A stretch of DNA of 34,329 bases from Octopus bimaculoides (lineage: Eukaryota), in NCBI RefSeq assembly GCF_001194135.2, contig NC_068989.1, forward strand, positions 83,678,265 through 83,712,593. The letters run 5' to 3'. The notes below the pieces were generated by a model that searched no databases, was not told the DNA's origin, and saw nothing but the letters and a program-made list of their open reading frames with translations. Below, piece after piece: positions 22,664-34,329 of the stretch; position 1 is the stretch's first letter, and every line of letters begins with the position of its first letter. The position numbers and the translations under genes are program-made.

Positions 22664-24634
22664 NNNNNNNNNNNNNNNNNNNNNNNNNNNNNNNNNNNNN
22701 NNNNNNNNNNNNNNNNNNNNNNNNNNNNNNNNNNNNNNNNNNNNNNNNNNNNNNNNNNNNNNNNNNNNNNNNNNNNNNNNNNNNNNNNNNNNNNNNNNNN
22801 NNNNNNNNNNNNNNNNNNNNNNNNNNNNNNNNNNNNNNNNNNNNNNNNNNNNNNNNNNNNNNNNNNNNNNNNNNNNNNNNNNNNNNNNNNNNNNNNNNNN
22901 NNNNNNNNNNNNNNNNNNNNNNNNNNNNNNNNNNNNNNNNNNNNNNNNNNNNNNNNNNNNNNNNNNNNNNNNNNNNNNNNNNNNNNNNNNNNNNNNNNNN
23001 NNNNNNNNNNNNNNNNNNNNNNNNNNNNNNNNNNNNNNNNNNNNNNNNNNNNNNNNNNNNNNNNNNNNNNNNNNNNNNNNNNNNNNNNNNNNNNNNNNNN
23101 NNNNNNNNNNNNNNNNNNNNNNNNNNNNNNNNNNNNNNNNNNNNNNNNNNNNNNNNNNNNNNNNNNNNNNNNNNNNNNNNNNNNNNNNNNNNNNNNNNNN
23201 NNNNNNNNNNNNNNNNNNNNNNNNNNNNNNNNNNNNNNNNNNNNNNNNNNNNNNNNNNNNNNNNNNNNNNNNNNNNNNNNNNNNNNNNNNNNNNNNNNNN
23301 NNNNNNNNNNNNNNNNNNNNNNNNNNNNNNNNNTATATATATACTGTACGTATAAATACAAAGAAAATTATTTTCCCCTTATATTAAATTGGTGAACTTA
23401 TTTCAATTAAACAAAAAACGCATATCTATATAAAATTTCTACGCATTATCAAACTTTTCTCAGTATTTCTCCTATATATACATATAGTAGCAGAGATACC
23501 CGGCGTTGTTTGGGATTTGAATGGCATAGTTTGTATATATGATACCGTTAAGTTGAAGCATATGATACAAGGAAGTGCTGCATTGATGACAAAACATTTG
23601 TGGAGTAAATGAAGGGCTAATTCGACTAAATGACATGTCATGCGTCTGTTTGGAAGATTCCAGGTCCTAACCTTGTCATGGAAAAGTGGGTGGCGGGTAT
23701 GTGATTTTTGAACGCACCAAAAAGCTCTCGGTGGATATACTCTTCTTTGCGGCTGTCGGCGCTGCCGTTACCACGCTAAACAACCAGCAAATATAGGAAC
23801 TACATGCATGTGATAAATTAAGCTTGGTGACGCGTTCAACAGCACCACATGAGAGAAATCTACATGAACGAAATGACGTGGTAAAGGAGGGCTGAATTTG
23901 CAAGGAAGCGCTTGAAATCAACACTGTTATAAGATATTTCAGTTTGGAATCAGTAGTCGTGGCTAAACCGTGCACGCCTTCGCGTACACAGCGTGCGACT
24001 ATTGGGAAGACAACTCTAACTAACGTGGTTGGGTCTTAGACACCATAAATTAGTAGGTTAATATACACGAGATATTTCAGTTTGTAATCGATAGATGAAG
24101 AACAATTGTAAGGGATTTGTCTATGCTTAGAAAGAAGACTTTGATACTGAAACTAAAAGAAAATAGTTGAGTAGTTGCTCAGGATTTAACATATTTTAGC
24201 ATATCATTCATAATAAACAGGGTGTGTTCAAACAGATTTTTATTGCAACAAATTGCTATTTGTGGTTCTACGGGAACAGGCTATTATTGCTACCACTTAG
24301 ACATCGCAGTTTGAAGTCTACATCGGTTTCTCCATTTAATACAACCTACTTACATCATTTCAGTAGGCTTTTTTCCAGTTTGAACAGAAGCAATGCATGG
24401 ACCATGCAGGCAGTTGTACCTGCCCCATTACTCATTATGTGAAAAACTTTAAGAGTTTAAAACTATCTCTGGATCATAAGTAATGTATGTTCCCAGTTTG
24501 GAGAAAATCAGTTGCGAACTTCAATTTTAGCAAAACATGTTAAGCAACACTAATAATAAGTAAAGAAAAACATAAAAATAAACAATCTTTTGACGGTTTT
24601 ATAGATATTTCGAAATTATGATGCTACGATGCTA

Positions 24635-24665
24635 GGTGTTTCCATTATTTTGTCCAACCACTGTA
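24635..24665 (-). mobile_element. Tc1-like terminal inverted repeat end
   Basis: Minus strand reads TA-CAGTGGTTGGACAAAATAATGGAAACACC and abuts (TA)n. The CAGTG start is typical of Tc1 TIRs; no partner TIR or transposase was found. Confidence 0.45.
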
Positions 24666-24721
24666 TATATNNNNNNNNNNNNNNNNNNNNNNNNNNNNNN
24701 NNNNNNNNNNNNNNNNNNNNN

Positions 24722-24756
<35 letters not shown>

Positions 24757-25159
24757 TATATATAGCAGATTAAGATAGGATTTAAATCAGATTTTAAAGA
24801 AGTAATTATGGTTCTACAGGCTGTTTTGATAGAATATTTTGTAAATATAGGGATAATTTGGCCAAATTTCTTTTAATGAAGTTGAAGTGTAACTGAGAGC
24901 TCCATCTAGTTTAAAAATTGCGAAACTAAGGGAAGATAATTTCAGGATGCTGAATGCGGAGATAAATGCTGAAATATTTCATCTTTATTCAATAAATTAA
25001 ATTGTTTATTTGTTAAAATTCCTAAATAATTGACAGCATAAAAATGGTGTTGATTGTCAATGATTCTAAAATTAGGAAAAGTTAAATACACACACTTATA
25101 TAAACATAAACATACATAAACATGTAAATATATTATTTGTCTATATATATGTATGTGTG

Positions 25160-25190
<31 letters not shown>

Positions 25191-27334
25191 TTACAATACA
25201 TAGATATACATCTATAAATGTATGCTTGATATTTGAGTGGTCTGTACGTGTGTATGTGCGTCTGTCTTCGTACATGGGTATGCATGTGTACATGTAAGAA
25301 ATTGTATATGCATGTGAATATATTTATCATGTGATATCCTCCATTTTGAAATGCTTTTCTATGACAATATTTTGACTCCGGAAGACGATTGAAACTTGTA
25401 AATACATAAGCACACACACATAAAATACACGCATACACTCACTCACACACACACACGCACACACACAAACGCACACACACAAATAGAAGTACGCATACAC
25501 ACATATACACATATGCACATATATGCTCATGCATAAATACGCATATAAGCACATATAGACATGCGCACTAACACAAACACGTGCGCGTATCAGTATACAA
25601 CGTGTCTGTATATGTATATATGCACACGCGCGCGTGTGTGCGTGCCTGTGTGTGTGTGTGTGTGTGTGCCTGTGTGTGTGAGTGTGCCTGTATGTAGGTG
25701 GTGAGTGTGTACGTGTACATACATAAACACACATTAATATGTACGCGCTTTCGTGGATATGTATATGTGTGTGTGTCTTTCTATGCATCTGTGTGTGCGT
25801 GTGTGCATGTGTGTGTGTGTGTGTGTATGTATGTGTGTACGCGCGAGCGCGCGTGTGACTAATTCTGTTTCTTTAGCATCTTAAGTGCTTCTATATAAAA
25901 GTCTGAAAACTTATAAGAAAAAATATAAACACGCTATTAAATGTAAATGGGTTAATAGCCGCAGAATTTTTATACCAAACATTATTAGTATTAATATCAA
26001 CATTATTATTATTATCATCATTATTATTATTATTATTTTATTATTATCATTATTGTTATTTTCATCATTATTATCATTGTTATTATTACTACATATTCAG
26101 TATTTACTTGATCATTTTTTTTATTATGTATATTATTGATGTTGATATTACAAGAAGATTATTATAAATGTATTTTTCATCTACTTAATAAGAAAAAACT
26201 CAATTTATTAGCTATATATATATATATATATATATATATNNNNNNNNNNNNNNNNNNNNNNNNNNNNNNNNNNNNNNNNNNNNNNNNNNNNNNNNNNNNN
26301 NNNNNNNNNNNNNNNNNNNNNNNNNNNNNNNNNNNNNNNNNNNNNNNNNNNNNNNNNNNNNNNNNNNNNNNNNNNNNNNNNNNNNNNNNNNNNNNNNNNN
26401 NNNNNNNNNNNNNNNNNNNNNNNNNNNNNNNNNNNNNNNNNNNNNNNNNNNNNNNNNNNNNNNNNNNNNNNNNNNNNNNNNNNNNNNNNNNNNNNNNNNN
26501 NNNNNNNNNNNNNNNNNNNNNNNNNNNNNNNNNNNNNNNNNNNNNNNNNNNNNNNNNNNNNNNNNNNNNNNNNNNNNNNNNNNNNNNNNNNNNNNNNNNN
26601 NNNNNNNNNNNNNNNNNNNNNNNNNNNNNNNNNNNNNNNNNNNNNNNNNNNNNNNNNNNNNNNNNNNNNNNNNNNNNNNNNNNNNNNNNNNNNNNNNNNN
26701 NNNNNNNNNNNNNNNNNNNNNNNNNNNNNNNNNNNNNNNNNNNNNNNNNNNNNNNNNNNNNNNNNNNNNNNNNTATATATATATATACATATATATATTT
26801 ACACACATATATATACGCATACTTATATACTTACACACACATGTATGTTTGTATGTATGTATGTATGTATGTATGTATGTATGTACGTATGCATACATGT
26901 TTGTATGTATATTTATATATATTGAATTAATGTCCTGCAGTGTGTTATGCTGTTATGCTGTTTTGCTAATACATTTATCAAATTTACTCCTGGGAGGATT
27001 TATATTGAATATTTACACATAAAAACAAATAAACTGAACGGGTCTTCCTTCTTTATCGACGATGAGTTCTACAGTTGTTCTATTAAATGAAATGCTTACG
27101 TTTTGGAACTTAGCACGTGTGGCTGAGCATCCAACAAATACATATAGCCATAGCGTTATAACAGTTTTCAACTAGAACCAACATGACACAGTGTGTGTGT
27201 GTGAATGTGTGTATGTGCGTGAATGAGTGTATGTGTGTGAATGTGTGTATGTGTGATAAGGTTTTTCCTACGAAATAAAGTTAAAATAAGACTGACACAC
27301 TTCCCCATTGTTGTCTTCTTTGCCCAGTGTTACT

Positions 27335-27452
27335 CACAAGTCTTCGGTTGACTTGGTGCCGAGGTAAAATAAACTTGCCAAAGATGCCACTCAGAGAGAT
27401 CGAACCAGCAAACTACTGATCACAAATTAAGCTTTTTAATCACTCAGCCATG
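27335..27452 (-). mobile_element. Old, diverged head of SINE family B
   Basis: CTCACAAG...CTTGCCAAAGATGCCAC...GAACC...CACTCAGCCATG aligns loosely with 28083-28203. Confidence 0.5.
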
Positions 27453-27679
27453 TTTGTACGCAGAGAATCAATGTTTGTATGTGTGTGTGTGTGTGTGTTT
27501 TCTCGTTTACTTGTTTCAAGGCCACGCTGNNNNNNNNNNATATATATATACAGAGAGACTTAGACATAAAGCTAATAATACTTCTTTAGTAAGATCTGGA
27601 AGTTTAAGGAAAGCAGGAGTCGATTTAGCCTTACATGGGATACAGTACGGAGAGCGCAACTATAGCAGATACGGATAAG

Positions 27680-27862
27680 TACAAGAATAATACAGTTCTA
27701 TATTTAAGAGATGAGGAATTATTTACATTATTTACATTATTTACATTTGACGGATATTTGTCCTCATCTTGTTTGTTGTTAACACAACGTTTCGGCTGAT
27801 ATACCCTCCAGCCTTCGTCAGGTGTCTCGGGGAAATTTCGAAACTGGGTTCTCATTCCTAAG
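27680..27862 (-). mobile_element. Short non-coding element carrying a hammerhead ribozyme (Penelope-terminal-repeat or retrozyme-like)
   Basis: Contains the motif at 27781-27826 and a (TGTAAATAA)x3 repeat; it abuts a truncated SINE B tail at 27864. Confidence 0.6.
27781..27826 (-). ncRNA. Minimal type-I hammerhead ribozyme motif
   Basis: Minus strand reads GACAC-CUGACGA-A-GGCUG-GAGGGUAUAU-CAGCC-GAAA-C-GUU-GUGUU. Core CUGANGA/GAAA is intact, stem I has 5 bp (one G-U), stem II has 5 bp, and stem III is the palindrome AACGUU. Confidence 0.8.
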
Positions 27863-27863
27863 A

Positions 27864-27995
27864 TACGGGGACGTAAACACACCAGCATCGGTTGTCAAGC
27901 GATGTTGGGGAAACAAACACAGACACGCAAACACACACACACACACACACACACATNNNNNNNNNNAGCGATGTTGGGGAAACAAACACAGACAC

Positions 27996-28030
<35 letters not shown>

Positions 28031-28206
28031 TACATATACATATATACGACAGGCTTCTTTCAGTTCCTCTCTACCAAATCCACTCATAAGGCTTTGGTCA
28101 GCCCAGGGCTATATTAGAAGACACTTGCCCAAGGTGCCACACAGTGGAACTGAACCCGGAACCATGTGGTTGATAAGTAATCTACTTACCACACAGCCAC
28201 TCCTGC
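27864..28206 (-). mobile_element. tRNA-headed SINE family B with an internal microsatellite
   Basis: Minus strand reads GTGGCTGTGTGGTAAG...GGTTCCGGGTTCAGTTCCACTGTGTGGCACCTTGGGCAAGTGTCTT (CORE-like), then (TA/TG)n, then tail. 27898-27956 is repeated after a 10-N gap. Confidence 0.85.
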
Positions 28207-28210
28207 GACA

Positions 28211-28235
28211 TGTTATTATTATTATTATTATTTTA

Positions 28236-28323
<88 letters not shown>
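28211..28323. repeat. (ATT)n microsatellite running into a gap
   Basis: Read directly from the sequence. Confidence 0.95.
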
Positions 28324-29362
28324 NNNNNNNNNNNNNNNNNNNNNNNNNNNNNNNNNNNNNNNNNNNNNNNNNNNNNNNNNNNNNNNNNNNNNNNNNNNNN
28401 NNNNNNNNNNNNNNNNNNNNNNNNNNNNNNNNNNNNNNNNNNNNNNNNNNNNNNNNNNNNNNNNNNNNNNNNNNNNNNNNNNNNNNNNNNNNNNNNNNNN
28501 NNNNNNNNNNNNNNNNNNNNNNNNNNNNNNNNNNNNNNNNNNNNNNNNNNNNNNNNNNNNNNNNNNNNNNNNNNNNNNNNNNNNNNNNNNNNNNNNNNNN
28601 NNNNNNNNNNNNNNNNNNNNNNNNNNNNNNNNNNNNNNNNNNNNNNNNNNNNNNNNNNNNNNNNNNNNNNNNNNNNNNNNNNNNNNNNNNNNNNNNNNNN
28701 NNNNNNNNNNNNNNNNNNNNNNNNNNNNNNNNNNNNNNNNNNNNNNNNNNNNNNNNNNNNNNNNNNNNNNNNNNNNNNNNNNNNNNNNNNNNNNNNNNNN
28801 NNNNNNNNNNNNNNNNNNNNNNNNNNNNNNNNNNNNNNNNNNNNNNNNNNNNNNNNNNNNNNNNNNNNNNNNNNNNNNNNNNNNNNNNNNNNNNNNNNNN
28901 NNNNNNNNNNNNNNNNNNNNNNNNNNNNNNNNNNNNNNNNNNNNNNNNNNNNNNNNNNNNNNNNNNNNNNNNNNNNNNNNNNNNNNNNNNNNNNNNNNNN
29001 NNNNNNNNNNNNNNNNNNNNNNNNNNNNNNNNNNNNNNNNNNNNNNNNNNNNNNNNNNNNNNNNNNNNNNNNNNNNNNNNNNNNNNNNNNNNNNNNNNNN
29101 NNNNNTGAAGTAGAGGCCAGGACAGAGGTATAGATAGAAAGATGGAGGAAGACAGATAGATAAATAGATAGAAAGATAGATAGATAGATAGACAGATAGA
29201 TAGATAGATAGATAGAAAGATAGTCACGTCAGAATAATAGTAGACTTACTTGTAAAATAGGACGTGTGCGTTCAATAATGTAATAATACAAAGAATATAT
29301 ATACATGAATACACACATATATGTACATACTTACATCTACATGTGTATATACATGCATATCA

Positions 29363-29478
29363 GGGTACAGGACGTTAGAACAATAAACTACAGACAACGG
29401 AACGAACACATAGGAAAACGGAAAGCCCCTTGGAATATCCCTTCATCAGCTGTCTCTATTCTATCTAGACGTTTCGAA
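29363..29478 (-). other. Short repeat with a degenerate or permuted hammerhead-like motif
   Basis: Minus strand contains CGAAACGUC, then ACAG-CUGAUGA-A-GGGA, and later UAAC-GUC-CUGU. The terminal 13-mer GGGTACAGGACGT also occurs in reverse complement at 11832-11844. Confidence 0.4.
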
Positions 29479-30424
29479 TATATATATATATACATATACA
29501 TACTTACAAATCATAGATATACACACACACACATTATATATATATATGTATACACGTATATGTATGCACATACATGATATATATATATATTTCGGAGATG
29601 CAGCACGGAATTTTGTCAGTGAACAGGTCGCGGTCTCAAAGCGACGAAAATATTTTGGCAAATTAAATTTAAATGTTGAAGTGAATCTAACGGCTTTTGT
29701 GTGTTTCNNNNNNNNNNNNNNNNNNNNNNNNNNNNNNNNNNNNNNNNNNNNNNNNNNNNNNNNNNNNNNNNNNNNNNNNNNNNNNNNNNNNNNNNNNNNN
29801 NNNNNNNNNNNNNNNNNNNNNNNNNNNNNNNNNNNNNNNNNNNNNNNNNNNNNNNNNNNNNNNNNNNNNNNNNNNNNNNNNNNNNNNNNNNNNNNNNNNN
29901 NNNNNNNNNNNNNNNNNNNNNNNNNNNNNNNNNNNNNNNNNNNNNNNNNNNNNNNNNNNNNNNNNNNNNNNNNNNNNNNNNNNNNNNNNNNNNNNNNNNN
30001 NNNNNNNNNNNNNNNNNNNNNNNNNNNNNNNNNNNNNNNNNNNNNNNNNNNNNNNNNNNNNNNNNNNNNNNNNNNNNNNNNNNNNNNNNNNNNNNNNNNN
30101 NNNNNNNNNNNNNNNNNNNNNNNNNNNNNNNNNNNNNNNNNNNNNNNNNNNNNNNNNNNNNNNNNNNNNNNNNNNNNNNNNNNNNNNNNNNNNNNNNNNN
30201 NNNNNNNNNNNNNNNNNNNNNNNNNNNNNNNNNNNNNNNNNNNNNNNNNNNNNNNNNNNNNNNNNNNNNNNNNNNNNNNNNNNNNNNNNNNNNNNNNNNN
30301 NNNNNNNNNNNNNNNNNNNNNNNNNNNNNNNNNNNNNNNNNNNNNNNNNNNNNNNNNNNNNNNNNNNNNNNNNNNNNNNNNNNNNNNNNNNNNNNNNNNN
30401 NNNNNNNNNNNNNNNNNNNNNNNN

Positions 30425-30492
30425 ATGGCGGCGGTGGCGGTGGTGATGGCGGTGATGGCGGCGGTGGCGGTGGTGATGGTGGTGGTTGTGGT
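30425..30492. repeat. (GGC/GGT/GAT) trinucleotide repeat at a gap edge
   Basis: Read directly from the sequence. Confidence 0.85.
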
Positions 30493-30854
30493 CGTAAAGG
30501 AGGTACTTATAAACCATAACAGCACGGCTCGCCACGACCCTACTACCGCTTTCTCACAACCACTGGAGAGAAAGAGACCAAGAAACAGACAGGCAGACAG
30601 AGAGCATCAATCCAATACGTATAAAGCCACACCTATAACACTCTTCTCTCCATCACTATCATACACACAACAACATTACATTAGCATTACAGCACCGTCA
30701 GCACCATACCATCCTAGCATGGTCACAACGTCGCTACCACAAGGTCGCTCTTGTATCATAGTCTCGACAGCATCACTGCCACAGCAGCGGCACTCACAAA
30801 GAAGCGTCGCCCAGCGTCTACCATCGCGACAATTTTTATTATAATTTATTCGTG

Positions 30855-31456
30855 TCAGTGATTAGACTGTGGCCAGGCTGGGGACACTGCTCTCAACAGT
30901 TTTCAATCGAACGAATCGAGCCCCAGTGCTTTTATTCAAAGCCTCATACTTATTCTATCAGTTTTGTTTTGCCGAACCGCTAGGTTAAGGGAAAGTGGAC
31001 AAGCTAACACCTTTTGTCAAGCGGTGGTGCGGTACAAACAGAAACATACACACACACACACACACATATACGAAGGGCTTCTTTTAGTTTCCTATTTCTT
31101 TACTACCCACAAGGGGTTAGATGCAGAGAGGACAAACAAGGATAGACAAACGACCCCAGTGCGTAACTGGTACTTAATTTATCGACCCCGGAAGAATAAA
31201 AGGCAAAGTCGACCTCGGTGGAATTTGAACTCAGAACGTAACGGCCAACGAAATAGCGCTAAGCATTTCGCCAGGTGTGCTAACGATTCTGCTAGCTCGC
31301 CGGCTTCTTTTAGCTTCCGTCTACCAAATCCACTCACAAGGCTTTGATCAGCCTGTGGCTATAGTAGGAGACACTTTTCAAAGGTGTCACACAGTAGGAC
31401 TGAGCCCAGAACCATGTGGTTGGGAAGCAAACTTCTTACCACACAGCCACGCTTGC
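30855..31456 (-). mobile_element. SINE family B interrupted by a SINE family A insertion
   Basis: B tail at 30855-31092 and B head at 31302-31456 are collinear with copies at 27864-28206 and 33950-34292. Confidence 0.85.
31093..31301 (-). mobile_element. SINE family A monomer nested in SINE B, with a 17-bp TSD
   Basis: GGCTTCTTTTAGTTTCC at 31076-31092 and GGCTTCTTTTAGCTTCC at 31302-31318. Confidence 0.9.
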
Positions 31457-31847
31457 AATATTATCACCAACGATGTAACTAACATCTGCAAGATCCTTGT
31501 CACACCACTACCATATCATCACTACTCCGGAGTGACCACTGACAACACCACTTCAACCACAATCAGCTGTCACGTAATTTGCTCTCACAGCAACTCGAAC
31601 GCAATTATAAACCGAGATTTCAAACAGAAGTACAGTGTGTTTGTGATAAACACTATAAAAAAAATGTATCTAGGGTGGAGAATTAATCCCTCGGGTAGAA
31701 TTGTAGAATCTGGAGGGTACAGGGTAGTGTTTTTTTGTGGGGTGGAATGGATGGTTTTGAAATGCTGGAAAATGGAAAATCGTTCAAGCCAATTATGCTA
31801 TAATTGTGCGGGTTGACAGTAGAATAATGGTTATTTTTCAAATGGTT

Positions 31848-31886
<39 letters not shown>

Positions 31887-32220
31887 GGGAGTGTCAGTGC
31901 AANNNNNNNNNNGTGTGTGTGTGAGGGGGAGTGTCAGTGCAAACATTCACACATATATTTCTGAGAAAATGTAAAATATAGATAATAGAAAATCTTAGTT
32001 GTGGTTATTGCCTGCTATGTGAAAATATCCCAGCGTTCTCTTAGCTAAACGGGAAAATAACTTCGAATATTCTTATAGATTTGTTTTGGGAATTATTGTT
32101 TCGGGAATTATTGCTTAACGTATGACCAGTTGTGACACTTCACGTACCTATTCGTTTAGATCACCAGTGAACTAAACCCCACATACCCTGTCTGTCTGTC
32201 TGTCTATCTTTATTATATAT

Positions 32221-32272
<52 letters not shown>

Positions 32273-32295
32273 ATACATATATATATATATATATA

Positions 32296-32331
<36 letters not shown>

Positions 32332-32460
32332 NNNNNNNNNNNNNNNNNNNNNNNNNNNNNNNNNNNNNNNNNNNNNNNNNNNNNNNNNNNNNNNNNNNNN
32401 NNNNNNNNNNNNNNNNNNNNNNNNNNNNNNNNNNNNNNNNNNNCTTTCAGATATATATAT

Positions 32461-32828
32461 GATCCGGTGGTTATGGCAGCGGACTCGCGGTCGTAGAATC
32501 GCCGTTTCAATTCTCAGACCGGGTGTTGTGAGTGTTTATTGAGCGAAGACACGTAAAGCTCCACGAGGTTCGGGCAGGGGATGGTGGCGAACCCTGCTGT
32601 ACTCTTTCACCACAACTTTCTCTCACTCTTACTTCCTGTTTCTGTTGTACCAGTAATTCAAAGGGCCAGCCTTGTCACACTCTGTGTCTCGCTGAATCTT
32701 CCCGAGAACTTCGTTAAATGTACACGTATCTGTGGAGTGCTCAGCCACTTCCACGTTAATTTCACGAGCAGACTGTTCCGTTGATCGGATCAACTGGAAC
32801 CCTCGTCGTCGTAACCGACGGAGTGCCA
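32461..32828 (+). mobile_element. SINE family E (distinct 5' half; 3' module shared with family C)
   Basis: 32645-32828 aligns with 8423-8602. A tRNA-like head remnant reads GGTGGTTATGG...GTTTCAATTCTC. Confidence 0.75.
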
Positions 32829-33949
32829 CCATATATGTAATAAAAGTCAGAAGACATAAATATTTTAAGACATAATAGTGTATAAAATTCACACGGAGAC
32901 AAAACCACCATGTGGATTTCTTACATGCTAAAATGGCAGGCAAAGCGTAAAACCACGATAAAACATTCTTACATTAAAGCACGATATTGCATCGTTTTTA
33001 TGGCTTATCAACATCACGAATGAAGCAGTGACTGGCGTGGAACTCAAAAACCCATAAAGCATCAGTTGGAGAGAGATGTAGTATACCTAAACAGGATGCT
33101 CGGTCTCACTCGCCTCAAATTAGTGACATTAACGTTACGAAGAAATAGCTTCGGCGAAAATTTTCCCATGCAATTACGTCTTGCGAGTCATGTGACAAAA
33201 CAACGTGAGTGAGTCTCCTCTCAAGACGATATCCTTCGTGCAGCTGTTCACAAAACAATTTGTTCCCATTAGACACACACGTAGGCACACATACACACAC
33301 ACAGAAGCATTTCATGCACACACAAATACAGACAAATACAGACACATACATCCACACACATACATACATACATACATACATACATACAGATAGACACACA
33401 CACACACATACATATATATACTTATACAAAATTATATATGTTTATATATGAATGCGTATGTGTGCTTAAAAATGTATTTATATATGCATAAATACTTTTA
33501 TATACGTTATGTCGTAAACAAGAATGTGCCAAGAGAAATAACTCAGACTGGCCAATGTCGTATTTATGAACAACATAGACAATTACAGGTATATCAAATA
33601 TCATACGACATAAATTGTTGATTAATTCAAATTGCCTCCAGCTCTAGTGGACATGTCACAATTGCCAAATAGCCATTAATCCCATTTCATAAACATCCTG
33701 AATTTCTTCAAAGTTAATGCGCCATTAAGGAAATACACGTGTTTAGTTTCTGGAGATAAGAGAACAGTTGTAAACACGTGTTTCTTCCTCAATAGGCGTC
33801 ATCAACATAGCTATTGTCCTCTCCTGTCTCTAGCAGCCAAGGGACGAAAGCATATACAAAATAATTTTGACATACTTATGGCCTGGGTAATTTCCATAAA
33901 TTGCACAAAAACGAGTTGAGAGAAATATTTTTTGAGAAACACTTTTTCT

Positions 33950-34292
33950 TAAAGCCTGGCACTTATTCTGCCGGTTTCTTTTGCCGAACCACTAGATTTT
34001 GAGGACGGAAACAAACCAACAACGGTTGTCAAGTGATAATCGGGGGCAAACTTAGACACAAAGGCACACACACGCATGCACGCACACACACACACAAACA
34101 TACATACATACAAGAACACATATATACGAAGGGCTTCTTTCAGTTTACGTCTACCAAATATACTCACATGGCTTTATTCAGCATGAAGCTATAGCAGAAA
34201 ACACTCTTTCAAGGTGCCACGCAGGAGGACCCAACCCGGAACCATTTGGCTGGGAAGCAAGCAAATTTCTTACCACACAGCCATGCCTGCAC
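33950..34292 (-). mobile_element. SINE family B (diverged) with an internal microsatellite
   Basis: Collinear with 27864-28206 and 30855-31456. Confidence 0.85.
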
Positions 34293-34329
34293 CTATAGTG
34301 TATATATGTATATGTATATATATATATAT

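Noticed and set aside
23640-23990. GC-elevated segment with 99-aa minus ORF 23676..23975 and a plus-strand GGYTLLCG motif resembling an RTE endonuclease
   Set aside because: Only one short motif with several stops around it; too weak to call without a database search.
27898-28026. About 59-bp tandem duplication across a 10-N gap (similar case at 31873-31942)
   Set aside because: Typical contig-overlap artefact at placeholder gaps rather than a biological repeat.
1406-30535. Long ORFs in the track (e.g. 1406..2866, 4891..6279, 16929..18197, 27822..29108)
   Set aside because: They are open only because they cross N-gaps and dinucleotide or tetranucleotide repeats (CVCV, YIYI, THTH translations); there is no protein signal.
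33178-33243. Possible 66-nt minus-strand exon encoding an Ig-like IVLRGDSLTLFCH motif
   Set aside because: Splice sites are mediocre, the motif is short enough to be chance, and there are no neighbouring exons.

Overview
This is AT-rich, gene-poor eukaryotic (animal) intergenic or intronic DNA from a draft scaffold with 16 N-gaps and very dense microsatellites. The repeat landscape resembles, from memory, that of Octopus genomes; this is inference and was not verified. No intact protein-coding gene, tRNA/rRNA gene or CRISPR array is supported, and nearly all long ORFs in the track are artefacts of N-runs and simple repeats. The window contains fragments of four Tc1/mariner-superfamily elements, including a DD41D-like transposase remnant and a Hsmar1/cecropia-like 5' end. 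It also holds a decayed Penelope-like (GIY-YIG) coding remnant, one or two decayed LINE ORF2 remnants, a 78-bp minisatellite with a 207-bp higher-order unit, and about 16 tRNA-headed SINE units in 5 modular families that I label A-E. The SINEs include a head-to-tail trimer inside one 14-bp TSD and a SINE nested in another SINE with a 17-bp TSD. The most notable observation is two minimal type-I hammerhead-ribozyme motifs on the minus strand (27781-27826 with a canonical core, 10480-10516 with a variant core), plus a third degenerate one (29363-29478). All three lie in short non-coding elements and suggest a Penelope-linked or retrozyme-like system of self-cleaving RNA elements.
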